A DNA stretch of 60,216 nucleotides, counting the filler. It is 8 parts of 8 records of this genome, joined end to end, with 100 filler letters (N's around TTAATTAATTAA, not from the genome) between each part and the next. Parts side by side here need not be neighbours in the genome. Positions count along the whole stretch, not along the records: positions 21,346 to 34,193 come from SRR31147125_17893; positions 34,294 to 40,850 come from SRR31147125_17905; 6 more parts are not named here. One strand, written 5' to 3'. The notes beneath the pieces were generated by a model, which was not told the origin of the DNA, did not search any database, and worked only from the letters and a program-made list of their open reading frames with translations. Below are positions 24,927 through 34,348 of the stretch, piece after piece (the first letter of the stretch is position 1; every line of letters begins with the position of its first letter). The position numbers were made by a program, and so were the translations under genes.

Positions 24927-25391
24927 ATGAGAAGAAAAGACAAAGAGATAACAGAAAGAAATAGAATAGACGAGATTATAAAAGAAGGCGAATTTTTAAG
25001 CTTAGCTATGTGTGAAGGAAATATCCCTTATGTTGTGCCGCTAAACTACGGATATGATGGTAAATATATATATTTTCACTGTGCTAAAATGGGTAAAAAG
25101 ATAGATTTTATAAAGCAAAATGATAACATAAGCTTTAGCATAGTTATAAAATCCGATATAGTTTCTGATGAAGAGGATTGTGAATGGACATGCGATTATA
25201 TAAGTGTATGTGGCAGAGGTGTTGCTAAGATACTAAAAGATATTGACAAAAAAACTCATGCACTGGATATTATTATGAAAAACTATAGTGACAAGCAAAA
25301 GTATTTTTATCCGGCTAGTATGGTGGATAGAGTTTGCGTTGTTAGGATAGATATGATAGAAGTAACAGGGAAGACATCAAACATAAATTAA
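24927..25391 (+). CDS. Pyridoxamine 5'-phosphate oxidase/NimA-like flavin-binding protein
   Basis: MRRKDKEI, PYVVPLNYGY, YFHCAKMGKK, YISVCGRG, TGK end. Confidence 0.88.
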   Translation: MRRKDKEITERNRIDEIIKEGEFLSLAMCEGNIPYVVPLNYGYDGKYIYFHCAKMGKKIDFIKQNDNISFSIVIKSDIVSDEEDCEWTCDYISVCGRGVAKILKDIDKKTHALDIIMKNYSDKQKYFYPASMVDRVCVVRIDMIEVTGKTSNIN

Positions 25392-25435
25392 AACTTGTAT
25401 AATATAGAAACCTAATATATAAAGAAGAAACCATT

Positions 25436-25954
25436 ATGAACGATATTGTTAAGCCAAATATAATAGTAAGTAAATGCCTTTTGGGTGAAAAATGCAGATA
25501 TAATGGGGGTTGTAAGAAAAACGAGTTTGTTCTAAGCCTTTGCTGCTTTGCTAATATAATAGGCGTGTGTCCTGAGGTGGCTATTGGTCTTGGGGTTCCA
25601 AGAGATACTATTAGGCTAGCTTTTATAGATGGCGAGTATAGAATACTATCCAATAACGATGACAGTGATTATACGGACAGGATGAATGTATATTTTGATG
25701 AGTTTTTGGATGGGAAGCAAGTTGATGGAGCTATATTAAAAGCTAAATCACCTTCGTGTGGGTATGGCGATACAGATTTATTTGACCAAAATTACAATTT
25801 AATTACAAAGAATAGCGATGGGTTTTTTACGAAAAGAATGCTGGATGATTATCCAAGTGCTGTCTTGAAAAATGACAAAAAACTTAATAGCAAAGTTGCA
25901 GTAGAAAAATTTTATACTGAAGTGTTGTTAAAGGCAGAATTTGCTAAGGAATAA
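25436..25954 (+). CDS. DUF523 (2-thiouracil desulfurase-like) protein
   Basis: VSKCLLGEKCRYNG, CPEVAIGLGVPR, ILKAKSPSCG. Confidence 0.9.
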   Translation: MNDIVKPNIIVSKCLLGEKCRYNGGCKKNEFVLSLCCFANIIGVCPEVAIGLGVPRDTIRLAFIDGEYRILSNNDDSDYTDRMNVYFDEFLDGKQVDGAILKAKSPSCGYGDTDLFDQNYNLITKNSDGFFTKRMLDDYPSAVLKNDKKLNSKVAVEKFYTEVLLKAEFAKE

Positions 25955-26026
25955 GCGATTATTGTTAAAAATCATTAAGAGATGTTAAGATTCTAGTGAA
26001 AAAACTGTGAATGATTGGTAGGTAGG

Positions 26027-26055
26027 TTTACAACAATTGTGTATTCATGTATTAT
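26027..26055 (+). promoter_or_regulatory. Sigma70/SigA-type promoter for second VanW gene
   Basis: TTTACA-N17-TATTAT; GGAGG RBS before ATG 26099. Confidence 0.55.
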
Positions 26056-26098
26056 GTAAGAATATTAACATATATGGGGTGGAGGAACGTATAGGTAT

Positions 26099-27997
26099 AT
26101 GAGTCAATATAAAGGTAGAGCTCCTGTATCCAGGAGAGATTTAAATGAAATGAAAAAGAAGGCTAAGGCGGCAAGAAACAAAAAGATGAGCCAACAGTCA
26201 AAAAAGCCAATTAATAATAGAACTAAAAGTGCACCTGTCAGCACAAAAGATATAAAAGCAAAAAAACCATCAGGAGCAGGTTTGGATAAGAAAAAAATCA
26301 TTATAATTTCAGCAATTGCTCTTTTGCTAATTGCTATTATTGGAATGGTGTTTTATATTACAACACAAAAAAAGCCTTCTGAGCAAGAACTTATGGAGCA
26401 AGTAAAATCTGGCGTGTTTGGTAACAACATTACCATTGAGGGTGTGGATGTTTCGGGCATGACTATTGATGAGAGCAGAACCGCATTATCATCTACATTA
26501 GAACAAAAATACAGAAATACACAAATAACGTATAAAGTTAACGGAGAAGAGTTTACTAAAGATGCGTATGAGATGGGTCTTTTAAACGATGTAGAAGATG
26601 TTTTAATTGATGCTATACTCTTTGAAAAAACAGGAACCGTTTTTAATCGTAGTGAAAAGGAAAAGATTCTTGAAACTGAAGGAATGGCATATTCGGTTAA
26701 TATTTATGCAGAAGAACAAGAACTAAATACAGCGGTAAAGGCGTTTTTGCCAGCGCATTCTGTCGAGGCGATTGAACCTGCAATGACATTTAACCCTGAT
26801 GCTGAATCTGAAGAGAATTATTTTGAATGGACAGACGAGGTTGCTGGATTTTCTGTTGACGAAGCTAGTTACGTTGCAAAGGCTGTGAAGAGCATCAATG
26901 AAGGTATTTACGATTTTGGTGAAGTTGATATTGTTCCAATCGAGCCTGAGAAAACTAAAGCTTCAATGCAGCAAAACGTAGTAAAAATATCTGAGTACTC
27001 AACATTTTTTGGAACTGGAGACTTGGACCAAGACGAGCGTGTAGGTAATATAACTAAAATGGGAGAATTGATTTCTGGTACGGTTTTAAAACCAGGTGAA
27101 ATTTTTTCTATAAATGAAACAACGGGAGAGAGAACCGAAGATAAAGGCTGGCAAATGGCTCATGCTATCCGCCGTGGCGTCATGGTTGATGAGCTTGGTG
27201 GTGGAGTTTGTCAAGTTTCTTCTACATTATATAATGCGTTTTTAGAAGCAGAGCTTGGGATTGTTGAAAGACATAACCACACAATGCTCTCTGTATATAT
27301 AGATAGAAAGAGCAGAGATGAATATTATTATAGACATAGAGCTGCCGATGCTACTATAGATTACCCTAGAAAAGACTTGAAGGTAAAAAACACTTTATCT
27401 GATGATATATATATTATTTTAACTGTTGATAATGAAACAGATGACCATGAAGGTGTTACTGCTATGGTCTTTGGACCAAAGCCAGAACACGATTATGAGG
27501 TGTTTATAGCTACAATTGAGGATGAAACAAAAGCGCCAAAGGCGGGCAGCCCAACATATAAGGTTGCGGAAAATGGTCTTGCTCCAGATAATACGTATGT
27601 AAAAGTTGGTGAGCCATATGGATATCCAAGCACAACTGATGGGTCTTACTGGAGAACTTATAAGTACTATTATCCAAAAGATACAGAGCTTCAACAGGTA
27701 TATTCGGCAAGAAAAGTATCGGTTGAACAGGATGTTCTTTATAGCTGGGTTGGATATGATGGTGTTAACACTGAGTCGGGTGAGAGATTCAGACTAGAAT
27801 ATGAGGATGGCGGATATATAGATTCTATATTCCCAGCTCAAGACGGTTTATACTATTTAAACCCAGAAGATCCTATGGCTTACGAAATGGGTCTTGAAGG
27901 AGCAACGTATGACCCAAGCCAAGATACATCTGACGATGAAGAGCAAACAGAAAATGATGGTGAACAGGATGGAGATACTGAAACAGCTTCTGAGTAA
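26099..27997 (+). CDS. VanW-family membrane-anchored protein with basic N-tail and acidic C-tail
   Basis: TM helix, ITIEGVDVSG, FSINETTGERT, GGGVCQVSSTLYNA, ERHNH, DATIDYP. Confidence 0.88.
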   Translation: MSQYKGRAPVSRRDLNEMKKKAKAARNKKMSQQSKKPINNRTKSAPVSTKDIKAKKPSGAGLDKKKIIIISAIALLLIAIIGMVFYITTQKKPSEQELMEQVKSGVFGNNITIEGVDVSGMTIDESRTALSSTLEQKYRNTQITYKVNGEEFTKDAYEMGLLNDVEDVLIDAILFEKTGTVFNRSEKEKILETEGMAYSVNIYAEEQELNTAVKAFLPAHSVEAIEPAMTFNPDAESEENYFEWTDEVAGFSVDEASYVAKAVKSINEGIYDFGEVDIVPIEPEKTKASMQQNVVKISEYSTFFGTGDLDQDERVGNITKMGELISGTVLKPGEIFSINETTGERTEDKGWQMAHAIRRGVMVDELGGGVCQVSSTLYNAFLEAELGIVERHNHTMLSVYIDRKSRDEYYYRHRAADATIDYPRKDLKVKNTLSDDIYIILTVDNETDDHEGVTAMVFGPKPEHDYEVFIATIEDETKAPKAGSPTYKVAENGLAPDNTYVKVGEPYGYPSTTDGSYWRTYKYYYPKDTELQQVYSARKVSVEQDVLYSWVGYDGVNTESGERFRLEYEDGGYIDSIFPAQDGLYYLNPEDPMAYEMGLEGATYDPSQDTSDDEEQTENDGEQDGDTETASE

Positions 27998-28027
27998 TAT
28001 CTGTAGGATGTGTTAAAAAATGAATAT

Positions 28028-28074
28028 AAAGCAACTGTTTAAACGATATTATTTTGGACAGTTGCTTTTATTTT
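28028..28074 (+). terminator. Intrinsic terminator after VanW
   Basis: AAAGCAACTGT...ACAGTTGCTTT stem followed by T-rich tract. Confidence 0.7.
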
Positions 28075-28238
28075 CAACAATTATGTGTGTTCAATGATAA
28101 ATAATTGTTGAAAAGATGCGATGTTTATAATATCATTGAAAAAAAGAAGTTTGAAGACACATTATAACTATATGCAATTTTTACAAGAGCACTATAGTTG
28201 TGTTTTTATTATATAAATTAGAGAGGACGTTTTATGTT

Positions 28239-29420
28239 ATGGCAAATAGATTTTCTGAAAGAACAACATGGATTGAAGGAAGCGCAATAAGGGAGATATT
28301 TAAATATCTTGCAGACCCTGCGGTGATTTCTCTTGCAGGAGGAAACCCATCACCAGATAGCTTCCCTAAAGAAGACTTAGCAGAAATCGCTCAACAAGCT
28401 TTGGTTCAAGACGGCGAAAAAATACTTCAATATGGAATGACAAAAGGTATTCCTTCTCTTTTGGAAGAGATTTTAAAGATAGAAAAACAAAGAGGCGTGG
28501 ATGCTAAGACGGAAAACATCCTTATAACCACGGGCTCTGGACAAGCTATTGAGATTATGGCAAAGACCTTTGTTGATAAAGGTGATACTGTTTTAGTAGA
28601 AGCTCCAACATTTTTAGGGGCGCTTCAAACTTTTAAAAGCTACGGTGCTAACTTGGTAGAAGTTGATATAGATGAAGATGGTATTTTATTAGAAGATCTT
28701 GAGGCAAAGCTTAAAAAGCACAATCCTAAGTTTTTGTATGTTATCCCTACATTTCAAAATCCAAGCGGTGTAACTTTATGTGAAGAAAGACGACAAAAGC
28801 TAGTTGAACTTTGCTCTAAATATGAGTGTAAGGTTTTAGAAGATGACCCATATGCACAATTAAGATTTGAGGGCAGTGAAAAATCTCCGCTTAAAAAGTT
28901 TGATACTGACGGAACGGTTGTTAGATTGGTTTCTTTTTCAAAGCTAATATCACCAGGAGTTCGTGTTGGCGCTATGATTGCCGATGAAGAATGTGTTGGT
29001 AACTTTATAAAGATGAAACAAGGCATAGACTTACATACACCAAACATAACTCAAGTTATGGTTGATCAGTACTTAAAATCAGGTAAATTCGAGCCGCATT
29101 TGAAAGAAGTTATTGCTTCATATAAAGAAAAGAAAGACTATATGATAAACCTTATCAATGAAAACTTTCCAAAAGAAGCTAGGGTTTTAAAATCTGAAGG
29201 AGGGCTTTTCTTGTGGATAGAGCTTCCGGAGACTGTTGATGTTATGGCTATGTTTAAACAAGCGATAGAACAAGAAAAAGTAGCCTTTGTGCCAGGAACA
29301 CATTTTTATGCAAATGGAGGACACAATAATACTCTAAGGCTTAATTATTCAATGGTAACAAAAGAAAAAATTCATGACGGAATCATTAAGCTTGCTAAAA
29401 TTATCAAACAAAATATCTAA
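28239..29420 (+). CDS. PLP-dependent class I/II aminotransferase (LysN/Aro8-like)
   Basis: ISLAGGNP, YVIPTFQNPSG, EDDPY, SFSKLISPGVRVG, LRLNYS; RBS GAGAGG before ATG 28239. Confidence 0.92.
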   Translation: MANRFSERTTWIEGSAIREIFKYLADPAVISLAGGNPSPDSFPKEDLAEIAQQALVQDGEKILQYGMTKGIPSLLEEILKIEKQRGVDAKTENILITTGSGQAIEIMAKTFVDKGDTVLVEAPTFLGALQTFKSYGANLVEVDIDEDGILLEDLEAKLKKHNPKFLYVIPTFQNPSGVTLCEERRQKLVELCSKYECKVLEDDPYAQLRFEGSEKSPLKKFDTDGTVVRLVSFSKLISPGVRVGAMIADEECVGNFIKMKQGIDLHTPNITQVMVDQYLKSGKFEPHLKEVIASYKEKKDYMINLINENFPKEARVLKSEGGLFLWIELPETVDVMAMFKQAIEQEKVAFVPGTHFYANGGHNNTLRLNYSMVTKEKIHDGIIKLAKIIKQNI

Positions 29421-29496
29421 AGTCATCTAGGGAAAGCTACAAGGCAAAAGATATTTTTATATAAGTATTTATAATCTAAGGAGGAAATCAAAAGGT

Positions 29497-30189
29497 ATGC
29501 AATATTCCAGAGAAGTGGAAGAAATGGTTTGCGTAAAAAAAGGTCCTAAACACGGTCCTGCGCCAATCCCTTGTGAGGGTAAATGGGTTCAATCTAAACA
29601 AATTAGTGATATTTCTGGTCTAACACATGGTGTTGGCTGGTGTGCTCCACAACAAGGTGCATGTAAACTTACACTAAACGTAAAAGATGGTATTATCGAA
29701 GAGGCTCTAATAGAAACTTTGGGGTGCAGCGGTATGACTCACTCTGCTGCTATGGCAAGTGAACTTATTGTTGGAAAAACAATTTTAGAAGCTTTAAACA
29801 CAGACCTTGTTTGTGATGCAATCAACACTGCTATGAGAGAATTGTTCTTACAAATCGCTTATGGTAGAACTCAAACAGCATTTTCAGAGGGCGGTTTGCC
29901 AATCGGTGCTGGTCTTGAAGATTTGGGTAAAGGTCTTCGTTCTCAAGTTGGAACAATGTTTGGCACATCGGCTAAGGGTGTAAGATACTTAGAAATGGCA
30001 GAAGGATATATCATGGAAATGGGTCTTGATGCTAATGATGAAGTTATCGGATACAAGTTTGTTCAACTTGGAAAAATGATGGAAGCTATAAGAGATGGTG
30101 TTGATCCATCAGTTGCACTAGAAAAAAATATTGGAACATATGGTAGATTTGCTGACGCAGTAAAAACTATCGATCCAAGAAAAGAATAG
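29497..30189 (+). CDS. NifU/IscU-like Fe-S scaffold-related protein, partner of GGGtGRT
   Basis: GWCAPQQGACKLTLNVKDGIIEEALIETLGCSGMTHSAAMA...DLVCDAIN; AAGGAGG RBS. Confidence 0.8.
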   Translation: MQYSREVEEMVCVKKGPKHGPAPIPCEGKWVQSKQISDISGLTHGVGWCAPQQGACKLTLNVKDGIIEEALIETLGCSGMTHSAAMASELIVGKTILEALNTDLVCDAINTAMRELFLQIAYGRTQTAFSEGGLPIGAGLEDLGKGLRSQVGTMFGTSAKGVRYLEMAEGYIMEMGLDANDEVIGYKFVQLGKMMEAIRDGVDPSVALEKNIGTYGRFADAVKTIDPRKE

Positions 30190-30208
30190 GGAAAGAGGTG
30201 TTTATATA

Positions 30209-31204
30209 ATGGCTACATTTGAAGGTTATGATAGAAGAATAGAAAAAATCAATAAATGCCTTGCTGAATACGGCTTTGAATCATTAGAAGCTTGTGACGA
30301 GCTATGCAAATCAAAGGGTATTGACGTTGCTAAAATAGTTTTAGACGTTCAGCCAATTGCTTTTGATAATGCTTGTTGGGCATATACATTAGGTGCGGCG
30401 ATCGCAATTAAAAAAGGTTGTACTGTTGCATCTGGTGCAGCAGAAGCTATTGGTATTGGACTTCAAGCTTTTTGTATCCCAGGTTCTGTTGCGGATCAAA
30501 GAGATGTTGGATTAGGTCATGGTAACCTAGCTGCTATGTTGCTTAGAGAAGAAACAAAATGTTTCTGCTTCTTAGCGGGTCATGAATCTTTTGCAGCGGC
30601 AGAAGGTGCTATTGGTATTGCTAAAACTGCTAATAAAGTTAGAAAAGACGATTTGCTAGTTATTCTAAATGGTCTTGGAAAAGACGCTGCACACATTATT
30701 GCGAGAATCAATGGATTTACTCACGTTGAAACAGAGTTTAACTATGCAACAGGTGAACTGAAAACTGTGTTCGAAAATCCTTACAGTGAAGGCGACAGAG
30801 GTAAAGTTAAATGTTTTGGTGCAGATGATGTTGTTGAAGGTGTTGCTATAATGAAGAGCCAAGGTGTTGACGTTTCTATTACTGGTAACTCAACAAACCC
30901 AACAAGATTCCAACATCCAGTTGCTGGAACATACAAAAAATGGGCTATTGAGAATGATAAAAAATATTTCTCAGTTGCTTCTGGCGGTGGTACAGGCAGA
31001 ACACTACACCCAGATAACATGGCAGCAGGTCCTGCTTCATACGGTATGACAGATACAATGGGAAGAATGCACGGTGATGCTCAATTTGCTGGTTCTTCTT
31101 CTGTTCCTGCTCACGTTGAAATGATGGGACTTATAGGAATGGGTAACAACCCAATGGTTGGAGCAAGCGTTGCTGTTGCTGTTGCAATAGAAGAGGCAAA
31201 ATAG
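30209..31204 (+). CDS. GGGtGRT protein (function unknown)
   Basis: Literal SGGGTGRTLHPDN motif; 331 aa; GHESFAAAEGA. Confidence 0.92.
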   Translation: MATFEGYDRRIEKINKCLAEYGFESLEACDELCKSKGIDVAKIVLDVQPIAFDNACWAYTLGAAIAIKKGCTVASGAAEAIGIGLQAFCIPGSVADQRDVGLGHGNLAAMLLREETKCFCFLAGHESFAAAEGAIGIAKTANKVRKDDLLVILNGLGKDAAHIIARINGFTHVETEFNYATGELKTVFENPYSEGDRGKVKCFGADDVVEGVAIMKSQGVDVSITGNSTNPTRFQHPVAGTYKKWAIENDKKYFSVASGGGTGRTLHPDNMAAGPASYGMTDTMGRMHGDAQFAGSSSVPAHVEMMGLIGMGNNPMVGASVAVAVAIEEAK

Positions 31205-31228
31205 ATTTTATAAGACATTAATGTTTAC

Positions 31229-31268
31229 AACACACTTACAAGACGAAAATTTTGTGAGTGTGTTTTTT
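31229..31268 (+). terminator. Intrinsic terminator after GGGtGRT gene
   Basis: AACACACTTACAA...TTGTGAGTGTGTT followed by T-run. Confidence 0.75.
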
Positions 31269-31464
31269 GTTGATGCGGCTTAATTGCATACTTAGTATAT
31301 AAATAGTTAATGTTTAATGTGAAAAGTGTTTTGGAGGGAAAAGTTTGCCCCATTTGCTGTGCGAAAATAAGAAAAACAAGTCCCTTGTCGCAGAGGTGTT
31401 CACTGCATTAAGATGGGCAGTTAATAGTATCTTTGTTTTACTGTTAGATGGTTTGCTAAAATTA

Positions 31465-31899
31465 TTAGGAGTTCTTTTGGAACAAAAGCACTCCACCGAT
31501 CATTATAACGATAGATAATAGCTGTAATGAGTTAACTGGTGTTTTTTCAATGCCAAATAAACCAAAGTGCTCTATTAATTTTGATGTAACTAATTGAATC
31601 AAAACCGAAATCATAATAGTTACAACAGCGCCGTTAACGGTTACGCTCTTTGCTGTACAAAAAACTATAATAACGCCAAAACAACCTGCTATAATTGTCA
31701 TAATGTCTGGTCTAAATATATATCCTATAGAACGGTTATCTGACAAGATAAAATATACAATAAGTGCAGATATAAGCCCGAAAAGATGAATGAGTACAAT
31801 GGTTTCCAAAAAACCAAACTTTGTCCCCATCTTTGAACTAAATATACTTTGCAGAGAAATTGCAATCCCTGCTATAACTGGTAGAATTAAAAACGTCAT
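31465..31899 (-). CDS. DMT-family (YdcZ-like) membrane protein
   Basis: AGIAISLQ, QLVTSKLIEHFGLFG; likely start MTFLILP with AAGGGAG RBS. Confidence 0.85.
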   Translation of the reverse strand: MTFLILPVIAGIAISLQSIFSSKMGTKFGFLETIVLIHLFGLISALIVYFILSDNRSIGYIFRPDIMTIIAGCFGVIIVFCTAKSVTVNGAVVTIMISVLIQLVTSKLIEHFGLFGIEKTPVNSLQLLSIVIMIGGVLLFQKNS

Positions 31900-31912
31900 T
31901 TTTTTGCTCCCT

Positions 31913-32592
31913 TTAATCAAATTTATTGTCTTCATAGATATTCCCTCTAGCTGTTTTAATAAGCTTTTCTTTGTTTATAATTGATATATTCTTTTTTCTT
32001 TTTTAATAATGTCAAGTTTAATCAAATCGTTAATGCTTCTGTTTAAATGCCTATAACTTGTGCCAAGATAATCGCTTAAATCACTCATGCTTGCTACTGT
32101 TGTTTCGTTGTTGATATCTATAGTAGAAAGTAAATAGCTTGCAAGCCTTGTTTTAACAGGATAAATAACATGCAGTGAATTTCTCATACTGGTGTTCATC
32201 AGTTTTTTGCTCATGTGTTCCAATAAAAATTTATAAAAGACAATATTTTCAGTATAATTTTTATCAATATCGCTAAATTTAAGCTTAAAAGATAAAATGG
32301 GTTCAACAGCTATTGCAGTGCATGTTGCATGGGCTTTTGTGATATATTCGATATCACCCAATATATTTATTGGATTAAAAAATTGAATCAGAATTCTTTT
32401 TCCGTTCTCGTAGTTTTGAACAACTTTTGCTTTTCCAGACAATAAAAAGATAAAAAAATCAACAGATTGTCCCTCTTCTATTAAAATATCATCGGCATTA
32501 TATTTTTTAATTTCAATATCTTCTTTATTATGAACAACTAAAAAGTTATCAAGTAGAATATTTAAATTGTCCATATAGGTATTGTCACTCAT
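31913..32592 (-). CDS. Crp/Fnr-family regulator; indel in A-run near 31992-31997
   Basis: LLSGKAKV...NGK, ILGDIE, RLASYL, LGTSYRHLNR HTH; repaired end ...INKEKLIKTARGNIYEDNKFD*. Confidence 0.88.
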
Positions 32593-32727
32593 ATATACTA
32601 AAAATCCTTTCTTTATAAGGAGTATAACGTATATTGCCTTTGTTATACAGGACATATGTCATGTTTTTGTATTATGTTGTTTATAAATAACGCAAATGAG
32701 ACGATTTATATAATTTTTTAACCAGGA

Positions 32728-32794
32728 ATGTAAAGCTTGCTTGACACATAGCATATAATATAGTATTGTATATGTAAAGTGTGCTTTACATATA
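32728..32794 (+). promoter_or_regulatory. Promoter with two operator palindromes upstream of XRE gene
   Basis: TTGACA (32741)-N17-TATTGT; TATATGTAAAG-N4-CTTTACATATA (32769-32794) and a degenerate copy TGTAAAG-N4-CTTGACA over the -35. Confidence 0.75.
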
Positions 32795-32808
32795 TGCGAA
32801 GGGTAGCT

Positions 32809-33006
32809 ATGAAAAATATAATTAGAGATTTGCGACAGAAAAATAACTTATCGCAAGAAAAACTTGCAAATATCTTGGATGTAAGTAGACAAACGGTAAA
32901 CTCGTTAGAAAATGGTCGATATAATCCTTCTATTCAGTTAGCTTTTAAAATATCTAAGGTTTTTGAGGTGAGTATTGAAGAGATATTTATCTACGAGGAG
33001 GAATAA
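32809..33006 (+). CDS. XRE/Cro-family HTH regulator
   Basis: LSQEKLANILDVSRQTVNSLENGRYNPSIQLAFKI. Confidence 0.93.
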   Translation: MKNIIRDLRQKNNLSQEKLANILDVSRQTVNSLENGRYNPSIQLAFKISKVFEVSIEEIFIYEEE

Positions 33007-33104
33007 AATAAGCTAGGTAAATATCGATCAATAGATTTATTAGGTATTATTGGTGAATTAAGATTATCGCGTATTATTCGAAATTGAAAGGAATATTAAA
33101 GGAT

Positions 33105-33524
33105 ATGAATAAGGAATTTATTATAAAAGTATTTACAGTTATGACTATAGTAATAGTAAGCCTGTTGTTGATTGCGGGGGGAATTATATATATAAGTGCA
33201 AAAACAGAAGAATTAAAATCTATGAGCTTAGGACTGATGGTAGGGTCATTGGTTGGCGGTTTTATTGGTATTAAATATAAAATTAAAAAAAGGTATGCGG
33301 ATAAAGACGAGAGAACTTTGGTTATTGGTCTTTTATCAAACCTAATATCACAAACGGTATTTGCGCTTGCTTCATTTATATGCTTTGTTTTAACCGCTAT
33401 GGGGGTTATTGTTTTTGAACAAACTAGTTTCAATGGCAAATTTTTATTGTTTATTATGAGTATATTGCTGTTGACGATTTTGATAGAAAAGGTTACAAAC
33501 AAAATTATCAGCTTAAAGATGTAA
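33105..33524 (+). CDS. Four-TM membrane protein with DER motif (DUF2178-like)
   Basis: Hydrophobic helices flanking ADKDERT; usual partner of this XRE type. Confidence 0.6.
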   Translation: MNKEFIIKVFTVMTIVIVSLLLIAGGIIYISAKTEELKSMSLGLMVGSLVGGFIGIKYKIKKRYADKDERTLVIGLLSNLISQTVFALASFICFVLTAMGVIVFEQTSFNGKFLLFIMSILLLTILIEKVTNKIISLKM

Positions 33525-33651
33525 GTATCATTTTGCATGGCAAAAAACACTTTGAAAAAGACACAGTAAATTTACAACTACAGACTGAGTATCGTCTATA
33601 CACAAAATATATAGCATGATATAATTGCTAGGTTACAGATGGAGGACAATT

Positions 33652-34193
33652 ATGAATATTTGTATAATAAGCGGTAGCCCTAAAGGCGAAAAGTCTAATA
33701 CGTATGATATAGCTATGCGTGTTGTTGATAATTTAAGAAAATATGATGGCATAGAAACGACTGAGTTTTTTGCAAATAAGGATTTTCCAAACCCTTGTAC
33801 AGGTTGTTTTGCTTGTTTTATAAAAGGAGAACAAAAATGTCCGCATAGGGAAAAGGTAGAGCCTATATATGATGCTATGATGAAGGCGGATATTATTTTG
33901 ATGTTAACGCCAGTATATGTTATGTCGTGTTCGGGTCAAATGAAAACGCTTTTAGATCATTTTGGATATATCTATACTGCTCACAGACCAAGGATCGAAA
34001 TGATAAACAAAACGGCTATGGTAATTTCGACAACAGTAGGTGCTGGAGTAAACAAAGCTATGGCACCAATTGCTGAAAGCATGAAGTTTTGGGGCATACC
34101 CAAGATACTTAAGTTGGGTGTGAAATTTCTTGGCATGAGCTATGGTGATGTTTCGGTAAAGAAGCAAAAGAAAATAGATGCTATCTGTAAAAA
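33652..34193 (+). CDS. Iron-sulfur flavoprotein/flavodoxin-family protein (3'-truncated)
   Basis: ISGSPKGEKSNT, CTGCFACF...C, TPVY; GGAGG RBS. Confidence 0.88.
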
Positions 34194-34293
34194 NNNNNNN
34201 NNNNNNNNNNNNNNNNNNNNNNNNNNNNNNNNNNNNNTTAATTAATTAANNNNNNNNNNNNNNNNNNNNNNNNNNNNNNNNNNNNNNNNNNNN
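34194..34293. other. Artificial contig spacer
   Basis: N-run + TTAATTAATTAA + N-run. Confidence 0.99.
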
Positions 34294-34294
34294 A

Positions 34295-34327
34295 ACTATT
34301 TTTCTGATAGATCAGTAGAAAAATAGT
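34295..34327 (-). terminator. Hairpin downstream of symporter gene
   Basis: ACTATTTTTCT...AGAAAAATAGT 11-bp stem, about 20 nt past the stop. Confidence 0.5.
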
Positions 34328-34348
34328 CTGTTAATGTTAAACAAAGCC

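Noticed and set aside
23192-27997. Vancomycin or nitroimidazole resistance cluster
   Set aside because: No vanHAX/vanRS; VanW-domain and NimA-like flavoproteins are common Firmicutes housekeeping families
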